Origin: a virus
Taxonomy: Duplodnaviria > Caudoviricetes
Strand: one strand, 5' to 3'
Length of the DNA: 59,683 nt
IMG/VR virus record: IMGVR_UViG_3300046806_000084
Coordinates: 1 to 59,683 of that record
Below the pieces are notes generated by a model. That model had not been told where the DNA came from. It saw nothing but the letters and a program-made list of their open reading frames with translations, and searched no databases. The stretch's first letter is position 1. Every line of letters begins with the position of its first letter. This document shows, piece after piece, positions 1 to 7,009 of the stretch. A program made the position numbers and the translations under genes.

Positions 1-127
1 TTACGATTAGAGGGAGGCGATGTGTTAGCATTCAATCCAAACTACAAGGGAGAGAAGTATAAATTTAACGATGAGTTTTTCATCAACTTAAAAGTATAGT
101 ATTATGAGACTAATTAACATTAACACA
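1..127. repeat. Terminal direct repeat, left copy (circular assembly overlap)
   Basis: 1-127 is identical to 59557-59683; 127 is a common assembler k-mer size. Confidence 0.97.
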
Positions 128-328
128 ACAGCATATGAGGAGGAGGACTTCTTATTGCTGACAGACCTAAACGACGATGAATTGTACGAGGTTATCATGC
201 CTATGGTAAACGCTGAGCGTGACGGAGAGGATGAGTACGACAACGAGATGATATACGACGCCTTAAAGAAAAGGTATCCAATAAATTTAGTTGTAAAGTT
301 TAACGAAGTAGAACAAATTAATTATTAA
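104..328 (+). CDS. Hypothetical acidic early protein
   Basis: 74-aa ATG ORF, D/E-rich, continues the operon from 59317-59655 across the junction. Confidence 0.8.
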   Translation: MRLININTTAYEEEDFLLLTDLNDDELYEVIMPMVNAERDGEDEYDNEMIYDALKKRYPINLVVKFNEVEQINY

Positions 329-332
329 GATT

Positions 333-590
333 ATGAGAGCAAAGCAAGTTAATGACTACATAGTCAACACATTAGAACAAGAGCCAAGACATAATTGTGG
401 CGCGTTGGCGAAGGCTATAACAAAGGCAAGTAAGAAGTTTAAACAGGATCAGTTTGACATGATGCATCTACTATTAGAAAACAAAGCGATAGGAGGTTAC
501 ACGCATAGTTATGGGTTTCATACCGCATACGGCAGAGAACTTATAGATACGATGAGTAACTATTACTATGAGTTTAGTGTCGTTTATTAG
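333..590 (+). CDS. Hypothetical protein
   Basis: 85-aa ORF starting 4 nt after the previous stop. Confidence 0.8.
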   Translation: MRAKQVNDYIVNTLEQEPRHNCGALAKAITKASKKFKQDQFDMMHLLLENKAIGGYTHSYGFHTAYGRELIDTMSNYYYEFSVVY

Positions 591-594
591 TAGT

Positions 595-768
595 TTGTGT
601 CGACGTTGTGTCGATATTTTTTAAGAACGACACAGGTTAAATTATTAATTATCAATAAGTTAGGGTAAAAAATGTCGCTATGTCGATATTTTTCCTTTTA
701 TTTTGCGAAAAAAAAATAAGAATTATATTAAAATATATATAAGAGTATAGAGAACTAAAAATTGACAT
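595..768. repeat. TGTCG-rich, AT-rich origin-like element A (inverted partner of 56729-56930)
   Basis: Non-coding, several TGTCG/CGACA motifs, AT tract; 673-686 and 734-749 are exact reverse complements of 56820-56833 and 56756-56771. Confidence 0.65.
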
Positions 769-769
769 T

Positions 770-988
770 ATGACATTAGCAGAGGCAAAAGATTTTTTAA
801 GAAACGAGGGTTACTTTGTAGATAACCTTTGGCATGTTAGCGACGTTCAAAACAATTTTGAATGCGATGAAGAGACGGCTCAGAATATTTTATACTGGAC
901 TTTAACAAGTCCAACTACTATCGAGTACATAAACGATAGCATTGATATAGTAGCACGAAACGAAAACTTAAACACAAAATGCGAGTAA
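770..988 (+). CDS. Hypothetical protein
   Basis: 72-aa ATG ORF. Confidence 0.8.
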   Translation: MTLAEAKDFLRNEGYFVDNLWHVSDVQNNFECDEETAQNILYWTLTSPTTIEYINDSIDIVARNENLNTKCE

Positions 989-1212
989 AAAACGGAAGGT
1001 GGGTAGATAGTAACGATAACACTATCAACACGACAGAGCTAAACGGACAGGAGTTCGTAACGTTCAGAGAAAAGTTTATTGGATTGTATGGTGGTAATGT
1101 AACGCACAGCAGGATAGATATACTTCATCACGTTATGTGTATGAATGAATCTGAGGAGAGAGCCCTGTCGGGTGTATTAAATAACGGACTATTAAAAAGA
1201 TTTAGGTTATGA
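979..1212 (+). CDS. Hypothetical protein
   Basis: 77-aa ORF overlapping its neighbours. Confidence 0.75.
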   Translation: MRVKNGRWVDSNDNTINTTELNGQEFVTFREKFIGLYGGNVTHSRIDILHHVMCMNESEERALSGVLNNGLLKRFRL

Positions 1213-1403
1213 GAAGACGCATAACAAAGGGCAAGGTTAACATTAGCCTTGCTATAGAGGAGATATCTACAAGGCAGAAAAAATATACGGAGTACATACT
1301 TCACACGATGAGTGTGACTTCTACAGACTACAACACAGCGAAGGAATTAGTTAGGAGTGAGTTAAACTTCAAGGTCATGACACGATCCCTTCAGATGATT
1401 TAA
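1209..1403 (+). CDS. Hypothetical protein
   Basis: 64-aa ORF, ATGA overlap with upstream gene. Confidence 0.7.
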   Translation: MRRRITKGKVNISLAIEEISTRQKKYTEYILHTMSVTSTDYNTAKELVRSELNFKVMTRSLQMI

Positions 1404-1405
1404 AA

Positions 1406-1522
1406 GCGTGCCAGTGAATAGAATCCTTCCTAGCATGGAATGTAGGCCGTCTGAATGCGTGAGTCAAAGAGAGGACTGGTACGTGATATATTCATAATGC
1501 TCTCAAATTCAGATATTGCACT
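1406..1522 (+). ncRNA. Candidate structured (multi-pseudoknot) ncRNA
   Basis: GC-richer intergenic segment; 10-bp helix 1406-1415/1475-1484 crossed by 1449-1456/1507-1514; followed by a terminator. Confidence 0.5.
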
Positions 1523-1523
1523 G

Positions 1524-1558
1524 AGGGTTGCCGTTTTATACGGCATCCTTCTTTTATT
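1524..1558 (+). terminator. Rho-independent terminator
   Basis: AGGGTTGCCGT-TTTAT-ACGGCATCCTT hairpin followed by CTTTTATT. Confidence 0.75.
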
Positions 1559-1579
1559 AACTAATTTAAAAACAAAATT

Positions 1580-1864
1580 ATGGCACATAAAATTAAAATA
1601 ACAAAAGAACAATCAGATTTATTTAAACACACAGGTAATATTATATCATCATCAAATGGAGATATTTATATGAATATTCCATATTGGCTAAAAGAAACTG
1701 ATGAAGAATATGTGTATGAATACCTAACAACTGAACAACTACCTGATGATATTATAAAACAACAGGGATATAGTGAAGAAGACATGAGAGAGGCGTATAA
1801 ATGGGGTAGAATATATGACATGACTTCTTTTGACGAATGGTTTGAACAATTTAAAAAAAAATAA
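1580..1864 (+). CDS. Hypothetical modular protein (YSEED...EWFEQFKKK family)
   Basis: 94-aa ORF, C-terminal modules shared with 2162-2386 and 11341-11613. Confidence 0.8.
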   Translation: MAHKIKITKEQSDLFKHTGNIISSSNGDIYMNIPYWLKETDEEYVYEYLTTEQLPDDIIKQQGYSEEDMREAYKWGRIYDMTSFDEWFEQFKKK

Positions 1865-1867
1865 GAT

Positions 1868-2158
1868 ATGAAACAAACAAAATGCTATTGTGGTCATACA
1901 ACATATTGTGATTGTGGACCGGAAGAACCTAAACAAGAAACACTTGAGGAAGCTGCTGTAATAAATTACAAAAAATTATATGAAGGAGAGCCACTTACTC
2001 AAGATGTGCCAATCGATGCTTTTAAAAAAGGTACTAAATGGCAACAAGAACAAATATTGGATTTTTTATATTCAGAAATAACTGAACGTAGAAATTATTC
2101 AGCCTCTAAAATGTGTGAAGTAGTGATTGAATTTATTGAACAATTTAAAAACAAATAA
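1868..2158 (+). CDS. Hypothetical modular protein (CxC-CxC N-terminus; ETLEEAA, KWQQE, EQFK modules)
   Basis: 96-aa ORF sharing modules with 11341-11613. Confidence 0.8.
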   Translation: MKQTKCYCGHTTYCDCGPEEPKQETLEEAAVINYKKLYEGEPLTQDVPIDAFKKGTKWQQEQILDFLYSEITERRNYSASKMCEVVIEFIEQFKNK

Positions 2159-2161
2159 GAT

Positions 2162-2386
2162 ATGAAACAAACATCAGTAGAATGGTATGCAAAACAAATG
2201 CAACTAAAGGAAAAATTCACACAAGAGGAATTTAATAATATAACTAACCAAGCCAAAGAAATGGAAAAGCAACAACAAGGTTATAGTAAGGAAGATTTAG
2301 AAGTAGCTTTTCAAAGTGGTTTCACTAATGGTTTTAATATCAATAGCGTAACATTTGAAGAATGGTTTGAACAATTTAACAAATAA
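2162..2386 (+). CDS. Hypothetical modular protein (YSKED...EWFEQF family)
   Basis: 74-aa ORF with a TAAGATATG junction. Confidence 0.8.
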   Translation: MKQTSVEWYAKQMQLKEKFTQEEFNNITNQAKEMEKQQQGYSKEDLEVAFQSGFTNGFNINSVTFEEWFEQFNK

Positions 2387-2389
2387 GAC

Positions 2390-2785
2390 ATGGAGGAATT
2401 ATGGAGACAGGCCTCTGAGTACAGGAGAGTCACACCACTCAATACGCCAGAATACAGGTCTTATATCTACAGGGGTATAAAGATAATTAAGTATAACGAC
2501 GGAGGAATTAATATCTACACGTCACACTTTGGGGACTTCTACAGGGAGATAAGTAAGGAGGACTACGAGTACTTCTTCGCTAAAGGGTTCAGGGCTGGCG
2601 TGTACATGCTTTGCCTACGCAACTACAACAAGACACTAGACATCATCAAGACCAAGATAAGCAACGAGGTAAACGGTAGGAACAATCAGAAACACTACAA
2701 CGCACTTCGTGATCACAGGGTTTTGGTAATGAACAAATACAAGGACGTAATTAATTTAAAAAGAGAAACAAATGAGCACATTTAA
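2390..2785 (+). CDS. Hypothetical protein
   Basis: 131-aa ORF in operon. Confidence 0.8.
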   Translation: MEELWRQASEYRRVTPLNTPEYRSYIYRGIKIIKYNDGGINIYTSHFGDFYREISKEDYEYFFAKGFRAGVYMLCLRNYNKTLDIIKTKISNEVNGRNNQKHYNALRDHRVLVMNKYKDVINLKRETNEHI

Positions 2786-3347
2786 AAAATTGTCAGAGAT
2801 TGACATCAAGGGTAAGGTAGAGAAAAAAGGTAGCCAGAGTTACCTATCATGGGCTGTAGCATGGGGCTTAGCAAAGGCTGAGTATCCAACACTACAGAGG
2901 ATTGTGTATGAGGATCAGGTAACAGGTTTGAATTACTTCACTGATCATAAATCAGCATACGTGAAGGTGGGTGTTGTGATTGACGGACTGGAGCATATTG
3001 ACTACCTTCCAGTTATGAGTTACAATAATAAGTCAATAGGTATCGACGCAGTTACATCAATGGATGTTAACAAGACTATTCAGCGTAGTACTGTAAAAGC
3101 ATTGGCTTTACATGGGCTTGGACTGAAGATGTGGGTTAACGAAGACCTTATAGATACTGTAAAATCATCCAAGCCAACGGCACCAGCGACTAAGGTAGCG
3201 TTAAACGTGGGCGATGGTAACTGGGACAATGTTGTAAAGTATGTTGTAGCCAACAAGAACGTAGGGCTTGCATCCCTAGTAAAGAACCTAGAGGTTAAGT
3301 ATTCACTAACGACTGCCGTTAAGAAGGAGTTATCTAAACACGTGTAG
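2772..3347 (+). CDS. Single-strand annealing protein, Sak/Rad52-like (DUF1071-type)
   Basis: YLSWAVAW, YLPVM and DVNKTIQRSTVKALALHGLGL motifs; next to exonuclease and SSB. Confidence 0.85.
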   Translation: MSTFKKLSEIDIKGKVEKKGSQSYLSWAVAWGLAKAEYPTLQRIVYEDQVTGLNYFTDHKSAYVKVGVVIDGLEHIDYLPVMSYNNKSIGIDAVTSMDVNKTIQRSTVKALALHGLGLKMWVNEDLIDTVKSSKPTAPATKVALNVGDGNWDNVVKYVVANKNVGLASLVKNLEVKYSLTTAVKKELSKHV

Positions 3348-3348
3348 T

Positions 3349-4080
3349 ATGAGTAATGTAATTGAAAAACTTAGAAATGACTCAGACTATTATGGCACCT
3401 ACGGCTCTAAATACTTATCTAACAGCACGATAGGAGTTCTGTTATCAAACCCAAAGCTGTTCGGCGTTAAGCAACCGACAACAGTGCCAATGCTTAGAGG
3501 AAGTTACTTCCATACAGCAATATTAGAGCCACATAAGTTAGAAAACTTTGAGATAGTTGAAGCGTCTACTAGGAATACAAATATCTATAAGGAGGCACTA
3601 TTAAAAAGCGGTAGTGAAATGCTTCTATTAAAAAACGAGGTGGATGATATTGAGCAGATGGTTAGCGCAATAAAGTCTAACTTCTACTTTTATGAGAACA
3701 TTTACAAGGATGGAAACATTTATGAGGAGCCTGCTATTGGTGAAATATTTGGACTACCTTTCAAAGGCAAGGCTGATATAGTTACTGACGATATTCTTAT
3801 AGATATAAAAACGACATCAAGCGTTAGAGATTTTCGTTACTCAGCAAAGAAGTACAACTATGACAGCCAGTGCTATATCTATCAGATCTTATTTGATAAA
3901 CCGTTGGTGTTCTATGTTATAGATAGCGTGACCAAGGAACTTGCCGTGTTCAACCCTTCAGAAGACTTCATCCTTGGCGGTAGAGACAAGGTATTGCGTG
4001 CAGTTGAGGTGTACAATAAGTTCTTCTCGGAGTCGGCTACTGAAAGTATTGAAAACTTTTATATGGTTGAGACTTTGTAG
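3349..4080 (+). CDS. PD-(D/E)XK exonuclease (RecE/ExoVIII-like)
   Basis: LSNS, GSYFHTAILEP, KGKAD...IDIKTT and YDSQCYIY motifs. Confidence 0.85.
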   Translation: MSNVIEKLRNDSDYYGTYGSKYLSNSTIGVLLSNPKLFGVKQPTTVPMLRGSYFHTAILEPHKLENFEIVEASTRNTNIYKEALLKSGSEMLLLKNEVDDIEQMVSAIKSNFYFYENIYKDGNIYEEPAIGEIFGLPFKGKADIVTDDILIDIKTTSSVRDFRYSAKKYNYDSQCYIYQILFDKPLVFYVIDSVTKELAVFNPSEDFILGGRDKVLRAVEVYNKFFSESATESIENFYMVETL

Positions 4081-4104
4081 TATCAACTTTTTAATATACA
4101 TTTG
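4074..4104 (+). promoter_or_regulatory. Bacteroidota housekeeping-type promoter
   Basis: TTTG (4074-4077), 19-nt spacer, TACATTTG (4097-4104). Confidence 0.7.
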
Positions 4105-4112
4105 TAAAAAAA

Positions 4113-4397
4113 ATGAAAAGATTAAAGGAAATTATAATAACAACCAGAAGAACTGGTAACACGAGCTGGATTTTAAATTCAGCTTACGAGAGACCTGACT
4201 GCATTGTTGTGTCGAAGAACATACAGCAGGCTAAGTGCATGCAGAAGAAGTACAATGACCTTCTTAAAACAAAGCCTTGGTACGAAAAGTTAAGGTGGAA
4301 GTTGTTTGGACGTAAGAAACCAAAGTTCGTGCCTCTTAGTTACAACTTTAAAATTGAAGACACGCCTGTTATATTTGATAACGGGGCGTTTTTATAA
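4113..4397 (+). CDS. Hypothetical protein with degenerate P-loop-like motif
   Basis: 94-aa ORF, RRTGNTS near the N-terminus and VIFD near the C-terminus. Confidence 0.65.
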   Translation: MKRLKEIIITTRRTGNTSWILNSAYERPDCIVVSKNIQQAKCMQKKYNDLLKTKPWYEKLRWKLFGRKKPKFVPLSYNFKIEDTPVIFDNGAFL

Positions 4398-4427
4398 AAT
4401 TATTATTAACAATTAAATTAAATTAAA

Positions 4428-4712
4428 ATGGCAGAGAAAGTATTTGCAGAAGGAATTATCTTCAAGAGAAATGACAACGCACCTGACTTCGTAATTGGAA
4501 GCATGAGTGTGAAAGTAAGTGAGTTTGTACCTTTTTTACAGGCTAACGCAAAAAACGACTGGACTAACCTGCAGGTTAAGAAGAGTCAGAACGGTAAAAT
4601 GTATGTTGAGTTGGACACGTTTGAGCCTAAGGCACAGGGTACGCAACAGCCAGCGCAACAGCCAGCACCATCGCAGGCACCTGCTCAGCAGGATGACACA
4701 CTACCTTTCTAG
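4428..4712 (+). CDS. Single-stranded DNA-binding protein
   Basis: Small beta-rich domain, Q/P/A linker, acidic DDTLPF C-terminal tail; recombination module context. Confidence 0.75.
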   Translation: MAEKVFAEGIIFKRNDNAPDFVIGSMSVKVSEFVPFLQANAKNDWTNLQVKKSQNGKMYVELDTFEPKAQGTQQPAQQPAPSQAPAQQDDTLPF

Positions 4713-4788
4713 AATGATTAAGTTGATATTTCTGGTAGGTTTCTTAATAGTTACCTACCGATTATCTCCTAAGGGTAGGTAATAAAAG

Positions 4789-4881
4789 AGTCAGGTGGCG
4801 GAATTGGTAGACGCAACCGCGGATAATTGTGAGTTATATAGTAAGCTAACTCTCGTGCAGGTTCGAGTCCTGCCCTGACTC
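4789..4881 (+). tRNA. tRNA-like RNA 1 (Leu-type D arm, no canonical anticodon arm)
   Basis: Acceptor AGTCAGG/CCTGACT, D arm GCG-GAATTGGTAGA-CGC, T arm GCAGG-TTCGAGT-CCTGC; no 5-bp stem with 7-nt anticodon loop. Confidence 0.7.
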
Positions 4882-5006
4882 CGAATGCAGTTCGATTCTG
4901 CTCGGTTATTGAGAATTGGTATCTAAATGAGGTTCGATCCCTCCTCGCAAGTCGAGAGTAGTAGCCTCTGGTGGGGTCAATATGACAGCTGGAAAGACAG
5001 CAAACT

Positions 5007-5114
5007 GGAGAGATGGCGGAATTGGTAACGCACATATAACAAGAGTTCTCGAGGCTCGCCTATAAAGTAAGTTATATAGTGGTATAAATGCAGGTTCGAA
5101 TCCTGCTCTCTTCA
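5007..5114 (+). tRNA. tRNA-like RNA 2 (anticodon loop replaced by ~30-nt insert)
   Basis: Acceptor GGAGAGA/TCTCTTC, D arm GCG-GAATTGGTAA-CGC, T arm GCAGG-TTCGAAT-CCTGC; ATATAAC/GTTATAT stem closes 30 nt. Confidence 0.7.
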
Positions 5115-5133
5115 CTAACTTAAATTTAAATTT

Positions 5134-5343
5134 ATGAAGCAATCAAAAAAACACTCAGCATTAGAGTCGGTCACAAATGTTGTGGTCGGATTGGTAGTAT
5201 CAATCTTAACGCAGATGATACTATTCCCAGCACTAAACATCCCAGTAACATTCAATCAGAACCTAGTCATAACACTCGTGTTCTTCGTTCTGTCATTCGC
5301 AAGGGGTTACATTATTCGTAGAATCTTTAATAATAAGTTATGA
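5134..5343 (+). CDS. Small membrane protein (two TM segments)
   Basis: 69 aa with two hydrophobic stretches. Confidence 0.8.
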   Translation: MKQSKKHSALESVTNVVVGLVVSILTQMILFPALNIPVTFNQNLVITLVFFVLSFARGYIIRRIFNNKL

Positions 5344-5588
5344 CACCAAAAGAAAAAGCGTGGGAAATTTTTTACAAATTTAAAACAATTCCTGATAAGT
5401 GGAAAGATGAAAAGGTATTCCAAAACTATTACGCAAAACAATGTGCATTAATAGCAGTTGAAGAAATAATAAATGAAATATATAAATCATCTTCTTTAGA
5501 TACATATTACCTGAATAACGATAAAATGAATGAAGTTGAGGCAATTAATTATTACAATGAAGTTAAACAAAAAATAGAAAAATTATAA
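5340..5588 (+). CDS. Hypothetical protein (MTxKEKA...QCALIAV family), copy 1
   Basis: 82-aa ORF, paralog of 5689-5913. Confidence 0.8.
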   Translation: MTPKEKAWEIFYKFKTIPDKWKDEKVFQNYYAKQCALIAVEEIINEIYKSSSLDTYYLNNDKMNEVEAINYYNEVKQKIEKL

Positions 5589-5591
5589 AAG

Positions 5592-5620
5592 TGTCACAAA
5601 TACGTACTAAATTTGTGACA
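5592..5620. repeat. Perfect 10-bp inverted repeat with 9-bp spacer
   Basis: TGTCACAAAT-ACGTACTAA-ATTTGTGACA in an intergenic gap. Confidence 0.8.
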
Positions 5621-5688
5621 AAATAAAATTACCTTTAATCACAACATAAACCCTAAAAAGTGGGGTTTATATAACAACAAAAAGTAAT

Positions 5689-5913
5689 ATGACAGCGAAA
5701 GAAAAAGCAAAAGATTTATTTAACAAACTTAATGATAAAATAATATCATTTGAAGATGTACGATTAAGAGGTAATGGATTTGAAATGACAAGACAATGTG
5801 CATTAATAGCTGTTGATGAGATACTAAACACAATAGAGTATTCCTCACAAGCTGATGAGCTAAGTAAAATTTCATATTGGGAGGAAGTAAAACGAGAAAT
5901 TGAACTATTATGA
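5689..5913 (+). CDS. Hypothetical protein (MTxKEKA...QCALIAV family), copy 2
   Basis: 74-aa ORF, paralog of 5340-5588. Confidence 0.8.
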   Translation: MTAKEKAKDLFNKLNDKIISFEDVRLRGNGFEMTRQCALIAVDEILNTIEYSSQADELSKISYWEEVKREIELL

Positions 5914-6131
5914 CACACACAGAAAAATACAACCAGTACGTGCAGGAGTGGATAAAAGAAAACCCTGCATTCTCTGGTTCTTATGAGCCTATGTTGGATT
6001 TTGATCAGTGGATTGATAATTATGTGATTGAGTTTGCGGAGTGGTGTTTAAAAAACGGATTGTTCACACAATTTAAAATAACACAAAGGGCAAACAAAGA
6101 ATTATTAGAAATATTTAAAAAAGAATTATGA
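5910..6131 (+). CDS. Hypothetical protein
   Basis: 73-aa ORF with ATGA overlaps. Confidence 0.75.
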   Translation: MTHTEKYNQYVQEWIKENPAFSGSYEPMLDFDQWIDNYVIEFAEWCLKNGLFTQFKITQRANKELLEIFKKEL

Positions 6132-6754
6132 AATTAAATTCAAACATTCCATCCTTCAAGGCGATGGTTAAGAAGTCTTACTTCACAAAGAACGAAGAGG
6201 ACAGCAAGGAGTACTACAACGTGTACGTGTTCGGTATTCAATCTTGCGCAGGACAGATACTTACGTTCCACGTAATGACAGACAACGGCATGCTTAGGAG
6301 CAGGGTTCCCTTGTCTGAGATATACACGAAGAAGCCAAACTTAGATATTCCATTTAACTTCAAGCAGTTATGGGACTGCTTCAGCGAGAACGTGTCCGTT
6401 ATTGAGTACGACTTCTTAGGATACCACAGGGCTCAGATTGTAATGAGAGACGGGACAAAGGTATGGGCGACCTACATGTTCACTGTTGACTGGTACGACA
6501 ACCCGTACAGCGATGAGCCATCTGACTATAAGTGTGGGCACATATTTGAATCGGACGAGGGCTACCTACTTTGCCAGCCGAACAACAGGATATTCTGGAG
6601 GGACTCAAACTGGGTAACCAAGGAGTTACCAGAGGACTTGAAGCAGTTCAAGGTTGACAGCGAATCAATATCCGTAGAGAACCAGTCAGACAGATGGGTA
6701 ACAGAGGACGGAGATAGTTTTTACTATGACATAAAAATTAAGGAGCATGAATAA
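6128..6754 (+). CDS. Hypothetical phage protein
   Basis: 208-aa ORF with QLWDCFS, YMFTVDW and QPNNRI motifs; function unknown. Confidence 0.85.
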   Translation: MKLNSNIPSFKAMVKKSYFTKNEEDSKEYYNVYVFGIQSCAGQILTFHVMTDNGMLRSRVPLSEIYTKKPNLDIPFNFKQLWDCFSENVSVIEYDFLGYHRAQIVMRDGTKVWATYMFTVDWYDNPYSDEPSDYKCGHIFESDEGYLLCQPNNRIFWRDSNWVTKELPEDLKQFKVDSESISVENQSDRWVTEDGDSFYYDIKIKEHE

Positions 6755-7007
6755 AAAACAAAGAATCCAATCACACATGCTGTCGGTACTAACGCACTGC
6801 ATGATAGACACGCTAGACGATATGGCTGTTAACACAGAGTTGGCTATAAATATTAGGAACAAGGCTAAGGAATTTGCTGAGGCATTAGAGCCTCTCTACG
6901 AGACGATCTTTGATAGCAAGCAAGTAAGTTCGGGTCCGTATTTAAACAACATGAATCAAAAGATAAACACACTATTAAGGCACAACTACGAACAAATAAC
7001 TGAATAG
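6747..7007 (+). CDS. Hypothetical protein
   Basis: 86-aa ORF. Confidence 0.8.
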   Translation: MNKKQRIQSHMLSVLTHCMIDTLDDMAVNTELAINIRNKAKEFAEALEPLYETIFDSKQVSSGPYLNNMNQKINTLLRHNYEQITE

Positions 7008-7009
7008 AT

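Noticed and set aside
1-127. Biological direct terminal repeat
   Set aside because: Exactly 127 bp and cuts through coding sequence, typical of assembler circular overlap
1430-1936. Minus-strand ORFs 1430-1612 and 1739-1936, and similar shadow ORFs throughout
   Set aside because: Antisense or off-frame to well-packed genes or RNA structures, with no motifs
1760-2392. CRISPR array or DGR as the source of the repeats
   Set aside because: Repeats are in-frame coding blocks with irregular spacing; no cas or RT gene; differences are not adenine-specific
4930-4980. Theta/HDV-like ribozyme suggested by CCTCCTCGC near tRNA-like genes
   Set aside because: Could not build P1, P3 or P1.1 pairings
4769-5142. 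Minus-strand ORFs over the tRNA-like cluster
   Set aside because: RAGLEPA/RAGFEPA peptides are the usual artefact of translating reverse-complemented T arms
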